Notes: generated from the sequence alone by a model not told the origin. A stretch of DNA of 59,242 nt, filler included, from Streblomastix strix (GCA_008636045.1; 3 parts of 3 records of this genome joined end to end with filler, not necessarily neighbours in it), one strand, 5' to 3'; shown: positions 14,111 through 28,099, counted from the whole stretch's first letter. Numbers and translations: made by a program.

Positions 14111-14962
14111 ATGAAGGAAACACACTAGCTAGAGACCATCATTATCCCGAATGGAGGTTAGGCCTGAACATTTTTTTTAGAGATTTTTAGCTGTTTCCTT
14201 ATTTTTTCTTTAATTTTCTATACTCTTCTTCATTGATATTCAACTCTATTTAATTTTATTCACATTTTCATCATCAAACTGCAACTTTTTATTTACCCAT
14301 CTGACAAAAATACGCATTTTCATTTTCAGTAAAAGTTGAGTGCAAAAACAGGTAAGTTAGGGTGACTGGACCGAAAGGAACTATTTAAAAATCTTTCTCA
14401 CACCTTCCAATTGAAATAAACAAGAAAGCTGGCAAAGTTGAAGTTTCTTACTGGCGTGGAAACAGAAGAGAGTGTGCACTTGTCAGAACTGTCTACTCAA
14501 AAATCAATAATATGATCAAGGGTGTTGTAAAAGTATGAAAATTGCATTTAGACTATCAATTCAATTTAATTTTTTCTACTCGTCTTTAATTTAGGGATAT
14601 CGCTACAAGATGAGATTTGCATATGCCCATTTCCCAATCCTTGTTACTGTCTCAGAAGATGCAAAGACAATTGAAGTGCGAAACTTCTTGGGTGAGAAAC
14701 GCCCGCGTGTTGTTCATCTTGTTGAAGGTGTGAAAGCTACTCGATCCACAAATGTGAAGGATGAGATTGTATTGGATGGAATTGACAATGAGATGGTTGG
14801 ATTAAGTGGTATGCAAGTTTTATTAATTATTATTGATCTGTTAATATACATCTCAATCTATCAGCTGCACAAGTACATCAGACATGCATGGTTAAGAATA
14901 AGGATATCAGAAAATTCTTGGATGGCATTTATGTGAGCGATAAAGGAACATAATCTGAGTGA
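14111..14962 (+). CDS. RPL9: 60S ribosomal protein L9 (uL6)
   Basis: Motifs are [39 protein letters not shown] and [15 protein letters not shown]. Introns lie at 14157-14329, 14533-14594 and 14809-14864. Confidence 0.97.
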
Positions 14963-15186
14963 AAACCCGTCCAAATATTCATTTCCCAAATGTTCAGTTG
15001 CAATATAAGAGCGAATACACGATCGTCAGAAAAAATTTGTTGTTTGATTTTGTATTTATTTTATTATTAATCATATGGTATTCAATATGAAGAGTAAATT
15101 AAAAATATATAAGAAACAATATTCTACTATATAAATGTATCAACATCAGCAGATAAACAAAAATGAAGTAAGTGAAGTGGAAACAA

Positions 15187-18100
15187 TCATGCTTTGATCG
15201 GAGTACTGTTTCTACTATTTGCATTGGACAGTTGAAGCGCCAATCTATTTATCTCTTCAGCCCACGAAGCTGCATCCTGATCAATAACGTCATCCATAAC
15301 AATGTCACTCTTCTTAGTGTGAACAATTAAGCGCACTTTCCCTTGCACATCAGCTCTAACAGATCGACCCCAAAGAACTTCCCCAGTCAGAGCATTGGAG
15401 TCTGGATCCAACATCAGGAATCTGGGTCTGTCAGTTAATACAAGGACACGACGCTTCTATCCTGCACGGAGGAATATATCCATGATTCCTGTTTTTATAA
15501 CATTCTCACCATAAACTAAATGAGTTTGCCAGTCATTCAATGAACTATGAGGAGAAGGCAATGATCCATTTCTTCTTTAAACAGATTACGACATCCCTTA
15601 TTAATATTATTGTTATTGTTATTGTTATTGTTATTGTTAATTTTGTGTTTTGAATTGATCAGATGATTAAAACGCACTTGTAGGAGATTGTTGCATTTGA
15701 ATTGGTAGAAGAATATTTTGTTAATTATTTTGTTTATTTCTTAAAGTACTTTATGATAGTCCATTTCTATCTTATAATAGCAATTATTATTCAGAAGAAC
15801 TTTCTTACTGAGTATTAATTCCGTGAGGTGAAGATACTTTAAATAACTCCACCAATTCTTACTTACTTTAACTCAATTATTATGCTTTTCGTGTAAGTTA
15901 TGAATAGCCTTCAGGAATAAGTGGAGGAAGAAAATTATCATCTTAATCATAATCACTTCTATCCATACTTTCTGTTTATTAAATTAAACTTGGAATAGTA
16001 ACACTACTTGGGTATAATTAGTTAAGTTTAATAAGTTATATATTTGATACATTTTCTGATTATTATAAGCTACTAACTCTACTTACAGATGATTCACTAT
16101 GAATAGACTCTTTATCCATTTATAAACTTTATTATGACTAACTCTGAGATTAAATCTGAGATTAAATCTGAGATTAAATCTGAGACTAAATCTGAGACTA
16201 AAATTGAGCTTAAGATAGAAACTAATGTTATGATTCATTCAGTATTGAGACAGATGCACTTCTCTTTGGCATTGGTCTTGAATTTGGTCTGTTATTAATA
16301 GAAAGTGGTGGTGTTATTGATTCGTGACTCTTGGAAAAGTCTGAATTATTACGACTTCTGGATGCATATTGAAAATTCAATGTTTATTGGATATTTTAAT
16401 TCAACGGAACACTTGATTATTTCAATGGAAAATTTTATTATTGAAATGGATCTGAAAACATTTCAAATTTTTATTCACTTGAATCAATAGAGTGTTTATA
16501 AGGACGAGGAAGTAATTACATTGAAACTGCTGAAGTATCAAATAGATCACCAAATGATTCTGATTATAAAATTTATGATTGTGGTTAAATATTAGCTGAT
16601 AAATTTCTTAGTATGTTTTATGCATTCATTGGAAGTGGGCATCTTAATGTTTGAGCTTCTTGAATGAGGTTACTCTACATAAGTTTCCACTATTAAATGG
16701 ACTTATCAACTTCTACAAGAGTTTCCTCTGATATTGCAGGAGTTATACTTGATAATGTATTCATATTATCATGAGGAATAACTTGCATATCTCCTTATGT
16801 TTAAGATCTCATAATAGTTAATGTTGATTATAGATTACTCAATTCCCTAATTAAATCTATAGGCTCATTCTTATGAATATCAAATGATGAAGCTGTTAAT
16901 CTATGTTATGATAATGTAGCTTGTGTATTCTAGTGTTAATTCTGTAATTATTGTGATTGTTGAATTTATTATATCGATTATATGTTATCTTTTTTTATTT
17001 AATTGAATAAAGCCCAGTGTATTTGATATGTAATTTACGCATTCAATTCATTAAATACTTTTTATTATCTTTAAATATACTTTTCAAGTTAACTCTATTA
17101 TGTTTATATGCTTTACACTCGCTATTTTAGTTACTATAATTATGATTAATATGATTTAATTAAGATTTATTGTTATTTGAGAATTGGAGGAGGATTTATT
17201 ATATCTTTTAAAGTTTGAAGAAGTTTCCCTGAATTTGAATGAATTAAATGTTTAATTTTCATTTTGGTAATAGCTTTACCATATTTCCATTTCCTCTTGT
17301 CTCCAAACTTTCTTTATACTCTTTCATTAATATCAAATCCCAATTATTTCCCCTTTGAAATATCAGATCCAAGAGATATGGATGAATCATAAGCAGTATT
17401 ATTTCTCTGTTGGTGCTGAGTTGGGGAATTAATTTATTTGGATTCTTCTAAGTGAGGAATTTTTATTTTCAACTCTTTCATTAGTTTCTCTCCTTTATTC
17501 CGTCTTTCTTGAATCTGCTGACCAACAATGACTCTCGGATATCCATCATTCCAATAGTTCAGCTGTTAGTCATACATTTCATCAAATTAACCGTCATCAT
17601 CTATTTCTATATAATCATTGTCTGAATCTGATTCATTCTCCAGATCAGATATAAATGAAGATGCATCTGTGTCTGTTGTTGTACTTAATGTTTGATCATC
17701 AGTCATTTGTGTCTTTAATTCATCTTCTCCTTCTTTCTTCTTATCTCCTTCAACTTTCTTTTCTCCAATTTAATCTGTTTTGTCCTTTGAAGACACTTTT
17801 GTATCGGTTTCATCATCTCCTTTGTCCTTCTTCTTCTTCTATTATTCAATTTCTGCTTCTCTCTGCTTCTTAAGATTCAATTCTTGTTCTCTTTATTTCT
17901 CTTTCTCTTTTTATATTTACTTCATTTTGTTTATATGTGACAGTTTTTCTTTTGTTTCTGATTCATCCAATGATGCAGTACTTGTTGAACTTTCATCATC
18001 TTTATCTTCATCATCCTTATTCTTATTTTTATTATTTTCTTTTTCTTTTGCTAATAATTAGGCTTTTAATCTCTTTTCTTTTTCTTTTTCTTACATTTCC

Positions 18101-19683
18101 TTCAATTCTCTTTCTTATTTTTCTATTTGTCTCTTATATTCTTGATCTTCCTTTTATTATCTTTCAATTTCTTTTTATCTTTCAATTTATTATTCTTTTT
18201 ACCATTAATTCTCATTTTCTTATTTTTCGTCTTCTTTCTTCTCAATATCTTTGATATCATCAAATTTAATTTCTTCTTTTGGTTAAATATTTTCGTTTTA
18301 TAGTTACTGTTATTGTTATTATTTTTTCCCTGGTGATTGCAATTATAATTACTATATTTCATTTTAATTATTTGAAGGAGTTTGTATCTATAGATTTATT
18401 TATGGAATAAAAGGCGTTTGTTATGAAATTATAGGTATATTTTAAGTTGAAGAATCTTTATGAGATTTTATTTATTCTTATTCAGAAATAGAATCAAGCT
18501 TAAGAACGATTTTATGCAATGTTGATTTACCAACTTCTTCTAATGTATCTACTGATGAAAATGAATCACATGATTCTCCTATTCCTCTTTGCTCTTATGA
18601 TTCTGCAACTTCATTATTTAATAATTATGACTATTGTTATTTATCTTATTACAAATCAAATGTTTAATTTCGTATTATATGAGGTGATTCATCAAAATAT
18701 GGTTATATTTTTAGTGTTTCATTTAAATATCCTGAAGATTAATTATGATTCATTCGTACAGTCGGTAAATTTGATTGTTATCCACTATTAATTCTAGTTA
18801 ATCCTCTTGGCGGCATGTTAAGTTAATTAGAATCTTCTAATTGATCAGCTAACGTTAATAATGGAAGATTTGATTGAGATTCGCTTTCTGGTTGATTTAC
18901 TCTCACTGTTGGTAGGTTTGATTGATATCCACTAGCAATTCTAGTTAATCCTCTATCAGGAAGATTTAACTAAATATTATTATCTTATTAATCAACTCTC
19001 ACAGTGGGGAAATTTGATTATAATGCACTATCTGATTGTGGCATTCTCATTGTTGGTAGATTTGATTACAATGCACTTCCAGGTTATTGCATTCTCACAG
19101 TGGGAAAATTTGATTGTAAAGCACTTTCTGGTTATTTCATTCTTATTGTGGGTAGATTAGACTATTATGCACTATCTGGTTGATTTACTCTCATAGTGGG
19201 TAAATTGGATGGTAAAGCACTTCCAGGCATATTGGATAAATTCTTTGGAAGAAAATCTAAATTTGAAGCAGATGTCTGAGAATCATGGTAAGAGCTTAGA
19301 TCAGGAGTTACTTATTACAAATCAATACTAAATGGAGATTAGTTATATTATATCATACCTCTTTCATCATCTTCTTACTAACCATTACCTTAATATTATT
19401 AATATTAATAGTTCTCCATCTCTTTCAATTAAGATCCTTTTTATTTTTCATTATCATCAGGGAACATCACATGAGTAGCATGATCTTGAGCCAGATTAAT
19501 CAAAAGCTTATTTGATGGATCACGTCTGAGGCCAACTCCACCTCCAGGATTCAGAATATCATGACTCATTGACAGGATATTCTAAGATAATGGAATATTC
19601 ATCCTCTCAAACTCATTTCCTGATTGTTGTTTATTTAGTCCTGTTTGTAAATCAGAGGATGATTAGGATAATAAATTCTTGGC
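15187..19683 (-). CDS. Large Q/S-rich protein with C-terminal PDK1-type PH domain (5' part, possibly the kinase, lies beyond the contig end)
   Basis: The C-terminus WQTHLVYGENVIKTG...KRRVLVLTDRPRFLMLDPDSNALTGEVLW...IVHT...AASWAEEI resembles the PDK1 PH domain. No TGA was found in the stretches read codon by codon (15187-17640 and 18720-19240). No kinase motifs are present in the window. Confidence 0.72.
16143..16200 (-). repeat. 12-bp coding tandem repeat (QSQI)n
   Basis: TCTGAGAYTAAA occurs about 5 times. The only variation is TAA/TAG on the coding strand. Confidence 0.85.
18750..19227 (-). repeat. 16-aa (48-bp) coding repeats, core QSN(L/F)PT(V/M/I)R
   Basis: Five contiguous units of the type PGSALQSNLPTMRMxQ, plus about three spaced copies. 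Confidence 0.85.
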
Positions 19684-19783
19684 NNNNNNNNNNNNNNNNN
19701 NNNNNNNNNNNNNNNNNNNNNNNNNNNTTAATTAATTAANNNNNNNNNNNNNNNNNNNNNNNNNNNNNNNNNNNNNNNNNNNN
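19684..19783. other. Artificial contig-joining linker
   Basis: N44-TTAATTAATTAA-N44, which has TAA in all six frames and is identical to the second linker. Confidence 0.98.
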
Positions 19784-19929
19784 AATGCTCACCGTATATC
19801 GTTTTTTTAGAAATTTGCTTTTTGTTCACCATGTAAGTTAAATTATTAACATTTATAATTAATATTTATTATTATACATATTATAACATACACTCAATAA
19901 ATTATTTACTATTTTTATTGATCGGATTA

Positions 19930-20460
19930 GTTAATTCAACTGAAAATGCGCGCCTCCCGCGTTTGATATTAAAAACTAGCGTTAGATTAAGATATATATG
20001 ATCATTGACTTCGAAAGGATCACATTACGCTAAAAATATATTAAAAAAAAGCAATTTCAACACGCAATATGTCACTACATGGGCTGGAAAAAACTTCCAT
20101 TCATCAAAACTCATTGAAAAGCTAATAAATAACAATAAACTGCTAGAATTATCTTAATCATAGATGGTTATGATCCACATTGCGCAGATGAGATAATAAA
20201 ATATGTTCTTGATGAATAATATAGATATTCTTCCTTAGCCTTTTCAAACGCGCCATGGGTTTCAGCCGCTCGATCTCAGCATTTCCAGTGCAACGAAGTC
20301 ACCAGTCATGTAAATATAGGCAGACTTCGAAAAAATGACTCAAGAACATCAAATCCAACTTGCAGTTATAACCTTAAATGTTTGAACCTATTTCTTTTCA
20401 AATGGTACGACCTTAAGAAAAAGAAAAATTACACAAGGTTGCGCATAAACTCCAGCAATT
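19930..20460 (+). pseudogene. Degenerate pogo/Tc5-type (DDE_1) transposase fragment
   Basis: ARIILIIDGYDPH...NNIDILPQPFQTRHGFQPLDLSI resembles the LLILDGHxSH...LPPHTTHxLQPLD consensus. It is frameshifted, and boundaries are approximate. Confidence 0.7.
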
Positions 20461-20759
20461 GTGACTATTGATTAATATCTATTCTAATAATAAGTGGAGA
20501 AAGTTCTAGGTTGACGTACCAGTTCATGAGTAAACAAAATTATAAGTGTCATTCGACGCTGAATAACATTTATTTTTAACGATTTTTTATCTTTTATTTC
20601 GTTTTTACACATAATGTCAATATTAATATTTATAATAAATATATCTATTTAGCGTAACTAATTACTATCTCAAATATTTTAATAACAAATATTGTTTATT
20701 CATTCTCAATAATTTATATTTTTTATATTAATTTTTATTTAAAATTTAACTATTCGATT

Positions 20760-23700
20760 CAGTGATGCTATATTAGCGATTTATGTAAATCACTAGATGA
20801 TATGAAAGTGGCCTAGGATATCTGATACACATTTGAAGGAATTATGATGGAAGTAGCAGAGAAAGCAAAAAATTGTTAAATTTCTATCATTATCCAATTC
20901 AGAGATTAAAATTTTTCGAGGAAATTACTTAAAGCGGTGGAAATATTATATGTCCAAACCCGATAGTGGAGCCTGCGTTATAAGAAGAGAAAAGTGGTCT
21001 TGCAATGAATATACTTGAATCTGCAGTAGCAAAAAATTAAGGTGTGGCTAGTACGATTAATAATATTGCCAAAAAATGAGGGTAAATTGATTTGGAACAT
21101 ATTCTAAGTCTGGGATGCTTCTTTGTTTTCAGAGAAAGATGCTTAAATTGAAAGTGAGTCTAGATTGATAGCGGTCAATTGGAAGATAAAATTTGAAAAT
21201 ATCCTGGCAAATGCTAACTTAGAAGACAAATTTTGCTTCTGATTAATCAATCTAAAAATCTAATCAACTTATATATCCAAACTTCTCAAATTCTCCAGCC
21301 ATTACTAAAATACTCCTATCGCATCAATAATCTTGCTTTAATTTAATTTTGAATCCATCACACATGCAAATTCCAGATTATTCAAATTATTAATCAATTC
21401 ATCTTAAATTGGAGTAGTAATAAACATTATAGCCCTCATATTCAGCAACTTAATATTTATTCGCACTAAAATTGAAATTAATCTAATAATATTACTAAAA
21501 TCAATTAATCAGTCATATTCAAACAGTCAATAATACTCTTCTTAATATCTAAATGTTAGTCAAAATAAAATGTTTATAGATCAGCATGTTCTAGCTTTGA
21601 GCAAGATGACTCAGCGCCAGGAGGAACCGATCGTAGATCGTCCAATTAAGCAATATAGAAGATAATAGTCGAGCAGATCATGGCTTCGGGCCTGTAGATG
21701 CTGCAACTGAATTATGGGACCAGAAGTCATAATAAATTAAATAGAATCAATGTTTTTTTGCAGAAGTTTAAATATTCAAAAAAAAATAATGAAGGAGAGT
21801 AAATTAGATTCACTAGAAAAAATGATCAAAAAATCAATTGTCGATAAAATGAATAAATTATTTATCAAAATCAGACGAAATACACACTAACTCAGCAATG
21901 AGGGTCTTTTAACAGAGAACATATTGGAATTTTGTGGTATTTTTCTTTCATAAATCAAGTTTTTTTGAGAAACAAGTGTCATCAGATCAAGATTTAGAAA
22001 TGAGTCAAATAATGAAAGACAGCAACTATCGAGTATCAAACATGAATTACCCAATTGAAAACCTATTAAGTAATTTTATACTTACATCGTAATGAATTGG
22101 AGCAGATAATCTAATCAGGAGAGGTTTCAAACCTTACTGGAATCATTAAGAGTGTCCATCAATTCTACAAAAGAATGGGTACAAACCAATTGAGAATAGA
22201 TCAAAAACTCGAATGATTGCGCTAGATCAACTGATTAAAAAGGAATTGGAAGAGAAGATAATCAATGAAATATAGTGTAAAGATTTGAACTGGATAAACC
22301 CATGCTTTGCAATTCAAAAACTAGGTGTGAACAAGTGGAGAAAAATAACCGACTATTAAATACTCATCAAATTTCTCCTGTCATCTCACTTCATTATGGA
22401 ATATTTCAATACTCTTAGGGAACTTCTGTAAAATTGAGACTGAAAGTTCAAAATCGATCTGGAGCCTACTTTCCACTATATTCTTGTGGATCCTCAATTC
22501 CAATTTTTTCTAGGTTTTACACAAAAGGGAAAGATCTTCAAAAATCGTAACAATGAGCTTTGAAGTTAAATCTTGCGCCTTGAAACTCCACAAAGTTCTC
22601 CTTCCAGTGATCAGAATCATTAGGGAATAATTAAAAATCTGGATAATAATGTATTGCAATGAAATAATTATCATGCATAAGAAAAATGAAGAATTGATGA
22701 ATAATCAACTTCTAATCTTACGAATACTAGAAGAATTCATTTAGAATATGTCGGAAAGTAAATGAAACCTTCAAATTGCATAAGAAGTGATGTTCTTTGT
22801 TTGGCACGATAATTATAATCAATATTAGTTTAAAATATCATTGTAAAGAAAGATATAAATGTTAAAAAAGTGAATAAGATATAGAAACATAGTCCAACGG
22901 AATGAATAGATCCAGATAATGCTACTTGCAAGTTTTATATGATCCTTGAACTTTCTATGACTACAAATAAAGAGGGGAGGATTGTACCTATGAAACTTAA
23001 TTAAGATTATGCATCGAATAGCGAATAGTAGAAGTTTGAATGCATACCTGTTCCTAAATTAGAGCACAATGGAGGAGATTTGCTGGTGGAAAGCAAGAAT
23101 AAAAGATAGCAAGTCAATAACGGCCTAGATTTAAACCCAATAATCCATTTTTACAACGAATGCGTCATAGGATAGTTCGGAACTATCCCTAAATTGCAGA
23201 ATCCAGATTAAGAGATTTGGTTCCAGGGGAACTGATGCAAGAAGTGGAGACTATCCAGTTGCAATCAACAAGAGATTGCGGCGATTCTATTCGGTCTTAT
23301 TCATTCAAAGCCTTTCTTAAAAAGAATGCAGGTCACAGCACTGAAAATAGAGACTGATAGAAGTGCAACTTCTTATAATCTTAACAGAAGGGCAGCTGCA
23401 GCATCTCTCCGTAAGTTAATAGATCGAATATTGAAGTTAGAGGAGGATATCAGTATCCAAATTCATTCCTTTCACATAAAAGGGACAACGAATATAATTC
23501 CAGATTCGCATTCCAAACTTGCAACTTCTAGAGATTATTCACTAAAAAGAAGAAATTCTGTAAGTGATATTGACGATACTAAGAATAAAACCACCTTTAA
23601 AAATGACAATGAATAGAAGAAATAAGAAATTCAAATAATTTGAGATTTCAATCCATGACAACCAAGCAGTAATTATATTTGTCTCTTAATTTCATGATAT

Positions 23701-23950
23701 TAGGATCTTCCTTATTCCCACCTACCAATTTCACAAATATAACCAACATTCAACAAAGTGACTAGAGAAATGAATACAACAGTATTGGTAATACAATATT
23801 GGCCAGATCAACCATGATTGCTAATCATGTTTTAAATAGTAAAGTGGTTCGTTACAATAGGAGAATGCACAGACGTGTTAAAGAAAGTAGGAAGGATGAA
23901 AAAGCAGATGAAACTTCTTCCACTTAGTCAGGTAATGTTTATCTCACATT
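20760..23950 (+). mobile_element. Decayed DIRS-type retrotransposon (gag-like region, RT, RNase H, MT-like domain)
   Basis: RT motifs are NWINPCFAIQK...KWRKITD...HFIME and KIDLEPTFHYI. RNase H motifs are TTNAS, CNQQEIAAI, IETDRSATSYNLNR and HIKGTTNIIPDSHSK. The MT-like segment is HLPISQI...QYWPDQP. There are many TGAs and frameshifts, and no tyrosine recombinase was seen. Confidence 0.8.
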
Positions 23951-24544
23951 AAGATAAAATTTAACTTCATTTTGCTAAATTTTATCAATCCAAAAAAAAA
24001 AATATGTTTTAATAATAATTTTTTGAATATTCTAAATATTATTACACGAAAAGTGTTTAAAAATCTAATTCTTGCTGACAAAAATTCGGAGAATCCGCTG
24101 ATTGTTTTTTAGAAACTGTTTTATTATAGAATTTAGTGTAAAATATACTAATATCATTTTTAATTAAATTCAATCATTTCCATTACGTTTTTTACTTTTT
24201 CTCATTTTTTATTTTTTTTATCACATCAACCAACAAATTTCATATTTTATTTGACTTTTATCATCATTAAATAAATTATTGTTAATATTATCATGATACT
24301 TATGTTAAATTAAATGTTTATCAAGAATATTATAGACTAAAAATATTCATTCACTTTGTTCTTAGTTGTTTAAAACAAACTTTAATTTTTTTTGATATTT
24401 AATGCTTTTCAATATTATTTTATTAAACAAACCATATTATTTCTAATTAATAAATATTTGTTATTCTGCAATATATTTAGATTTGTTTCATTTTTTATTA
24501 AATAAGGATCAAAATCACTGAATGAGTATAATTTAAAAGAAAAT

Positions 24545-24840
24545 GATATATTCAAACGGATAAGGCCTTATTCTATCATTTTCCTTCCAATCTCTAGAAT
24601 TCTCTATGATAATCCAAGGAAAAGTAAATTAATAGATAAATTCTTTATCTAGGTAAACCATGGTTTTACCAGCCAAATAGGTGCTATCATTATTCCCTGA
24701 GCATTTTTTGATTTCAATTTCTGTAATACCCAATTTAATACTGGTATTGGGGCATGGATATATAATTTGATTTGTTCTATTTGTATTTGAACGCGTTATG
24801 GAAATGTATCTCCACATCGTTGAGATCCACTGTAACGTAA
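24545..24840 (-). mobile_element. Second DIRS fragment (MT-like domain), opposite orientation
   Basis: LYIHAPIPVLNWVLQKLKSKNAQGIMIAPIWLVKPWFTQI fits the DIRS 'HPPxxLxxxVLxK...IAPxWxxxxW' pattern. Confidence 0.7.
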
Positions 24841-25996
24841 TAAAAAAATAAGTCTATATTAATGTAAATTTAGAACTCGTTCTTCACTTCTTCCATTTTT
24901 TTGAAATTGGTGTTATTGACTTTTAATTCATAGTACCCTTCAGTTTTTGGCTTTTTTTATACATTTCTACATTTTTCCCCACTCAAACGCTTTTGATCCT
25001 TCAACGCTTTAGGCAATTGATTAAATAAGTTTCTCAAACTTATTCACGATGAAGTAAGAAGATGAATTGATTATTAAAGCTTGGATGAATGAAATAGTGA
25101 AATATTAAATGAAAATAGATCAAAAATATTAAATGATTTATTAGTTAAATAAGATAACTAATTTATATTCGCAAACGAACCCAAAATCTAATATCTTCAG
25201 GAATGACAATAACAAAGTTTGGCTATTCAATATCATTAACGAAAAATATAACTTTTCTTGGAATAATTATCATATTGACTTCAACAGCAACTCTTTATCC
25301 TTCTAAATATTCCTTATTTCCTATTATATACCTATTTGTACGATAAAGCACTCCGATGATAATGTAATATAGATAAAAGAGTTTGAATAAATATAACAAA
25401 AATTAAGCGATTATGATTAGTTAATAATTTATGATAATAAATAATATTAATTTTAAAACTTTTTACCATTTTGATAATAAATAAATTTATGATTCATACT
25501 CCAAGAATCTGACACTCATTTCATAATTTTTAAAAAATGCATAAAATGAAACGCTGATTTTGATATAATAAATTAATAATAAAGAAAGAACTCAATAATA
25601 AATAATAAAAATTATGTACAAATATGTTAAATGATATTAAATATAGAATAAAAATAAAAAATAATTAAAATTTTGTATTAAATAGATACTTCTATATTCA
25701 AAAAGCCATTGACAAGCTGTAAAAGAACAAGATGCATCAGCAATACCAATGAATGCAATAAAAATTAGATAAATATTAGATTGAAATAAATAATAAAAAT
25801 ATTATAATTATCATTAATTCTTCAAATTCAAATTCATTAATTTAAAATACTTTTTTTTAAATCTTTCCTTTAGACAAGTAATTATAATTAGTATAAATAT
25901 AGGGGGATTTATGTCCCAATAATTTAGAGGAATAATTTGAAAATAAAACTATTTCTTATTAGTTTATGATTTAACTTGATAATTTTTAAAAGTATC

Positions 25997-27783
25997 ATGC
26001 TGAATGAATTCAATCAAAAGTAAAATCTTTACCAAAAATCAGAGGTTTAACAGGATCCATAAATAATTAAAAATCCATTTAGGAGTAAAGTTAAAGATAA
26101 AACCGATATAATATAAGACATTAAATTGAAACCATTAAAGATGTGTTAACGTCCATATTTCTTATCTGAATTAGAGAGCTGGAAAATTGATATTATAATT
26201 ATAATGCATACATTAATTAATAAAGTAATTCAATAATATCTATTCTGCATTAATATTAACACTAAATATTTAGTAGTGTTTCCCATTAAAGATAAATCTA
26301 CGCATGAACTATTAAAGTGTATAAAATAATTAAAATCTAACTAACATATTAATATCATTAGATCAGATGGTGAATCAGCGTTGGGAAGTAAATAGATTAA
26401 GGATTATTTAAAAGATAATGACATAAAATACTTCGATAATTCATCTCCTTTCATTAATAAAAATAGAGTAGATGATTCAGCAGTTAGAACGATAAGAAAT
26501 GTGTTTGAAAATGATCCTTAATTAATAGCTAATAATAAATAATTATAATAAGTTGTTGATGATTATAATTACACAAAACATAATACTTTCTAATAAATAT
26601 TCCCTCGAAAATAAGTAAATTAGAATGAAAATCTAGACGAAATATACATTTGATAAAAAATGAAGTAATTTGCTTATGTAAAAGAATTATAAAATAAAAA
26701 AGCTAATTTGATTTAAAGAAAGGTAATATTTTAATTATACATCTTAATTTGAAAAAGATTGGTCATGCATTTGAGAAACTACATATACAATTTAATGAAA
26801 CAGCAACATTTATAAAATATGAGCATGGAAATGTTGTTAGTTAACTATTGAAATTATATAATGATATAGATGGTTCCACTCAGGAGCGACATCCATAATC
26901 TTATTTAATAAAAAATATTGTATGAATTTTATAAACAATTTTCAAAAATGCAAAATCTTAATTTTATATATATGTGAAAAACAGTAAAAAATATAATTTT
27001 TCCCCTACGCTATGAGTTTAGAGCATTATGTCTTGAATTTTTATAAATTATACTTTTAAAAATATTTAAATTTATTTAATATCATAATATTTCAGAAACA
27101 GCCGTACGCGCCGATAAAAATTAAAAAAATTATAAATTCACAATTTTAGCGAGTAATTTTATTTTATTATGTCATTTTCCAATAAATTTGAAAAATGTAT
27201 TTTATTTAATAAATAAATTGAATGATAACTTTTTATTTTAGTTGAGATACGCGTGTAAAATATGAACATAAGAAATTTTAACCCGATTTTCATAGAAATA
27301 TTGATTATAAATATGAAATTTTTATTAGTGATTTACATTTAAATATTTAAAATAAAACAAAATAAATTAAATTAATAATAGCATTAAACATACTTCTTGC
27401 AAAAATCAAGAATTTCTTTTTTTGTCAATTTTCATCGGCGCGTACGGCTGTTTCTGAAATATTATGATGTAAAATAAATTTAAATATTTATAAAAATATA
27501 ATTTTTAAAAATTCAAGACATAATGCACTCAATTCATCGCGTAGAGAAAAAATTAAATTTTTTTCTGTTTTTCACATACATGCAAAATTAAGATTTTTGC
27601 AATTATGTAAATTGTTTATAAAATTCATACAATATTTTTTTTTAAATATAATTATGGATATCGCACCTGGGCGGAACCATCCATATTAAGATTGTCGAAG
27701 TTCCTATATATTACACAAATATGGTTGCAAATAGTATTGGAACATTAAAAGATAAATATAAGAGAACTTTTAAATTTATTTGA
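25997..27783 (+). pseudogene. Retroviral-like (rve) integrase, disrupted by a TGA, a frameshift and a foldback insertion
   Basis: Motifs are SWKIDI, YLFCININTKYLVVFPIKDKS, IIRSDGESA, NKNRVDDSAVRTIR and VDDYNYTKH. There is a TGA at 26651. The C-terminus continues after the 26868-27682 insertion to TGA at 27781-27783. Confidence 0.75.
26868..27682. mobile_element. Non-autonomous foldback element/MITE, 815 bp, TIRs of about 260 bp, ATAT target-site duplication
   Basis: The left arm AGATGGTTCC...CAGAAACAGCCGTACGCGCCGAT (26868 to about 27130) is the imperfect reverse complement of the right arm ATCGGCGCGTACGGCTGTTTCTG...GGAACCATCC (about 27420 to 27682). ATAT occurs at 26864-26867 and 27683-27686. 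Confidence 0.92.
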
Positions 27784-27791
27784 TTTTTTTC

Positions 27792-28060
27792 ATGATAAAT
27801 TAATGGATACGTAAAACTTAAGACTTACTTAAAAAAGTCGGAAGACCTAAAAAATATTCGATACAATAGGAAGCACAAGAAATGGCTAAGAAATAACGTG
27901 GTGAAGATAAGAAGAGATATCTTTTGAAGTAAAATAATTTAAAGAATAAATCTCTATTGAATTATCAAGAATAATTGAAATATTAATTAAAACAATAATA
28001 TACGAAGAAATTTTAGATTAAATTTTTCAATAAATTGAAGATCTTGATTAGTAAATGTTA
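27792..28060 (+). CDS. Small basic protein with AT-hook-like motif (3' end uncertain, possibly decayed)
   Basis: MINQWIRKTQDLLKKVGRPKKYSIQQEAQEMAKKQR starts 9 nt after the integrase stop. Confidence 0.45.
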
Positions 28061-28099
28061 TATTTTATAATTCTTATAAAGTCATTTTTAAGAATATTA

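Noticed and set aside
13845..15030. GC-richer intergenic patches flanking RPL9 (13845-13945, 14963-15030) and its 173-nt first intron as snRNA/snoRNA
   Set aside because: No U6/U4 signature or properly spaced C/D or H/ACA boxes could be recognised. An Infernal/Rfam scan would be needed.
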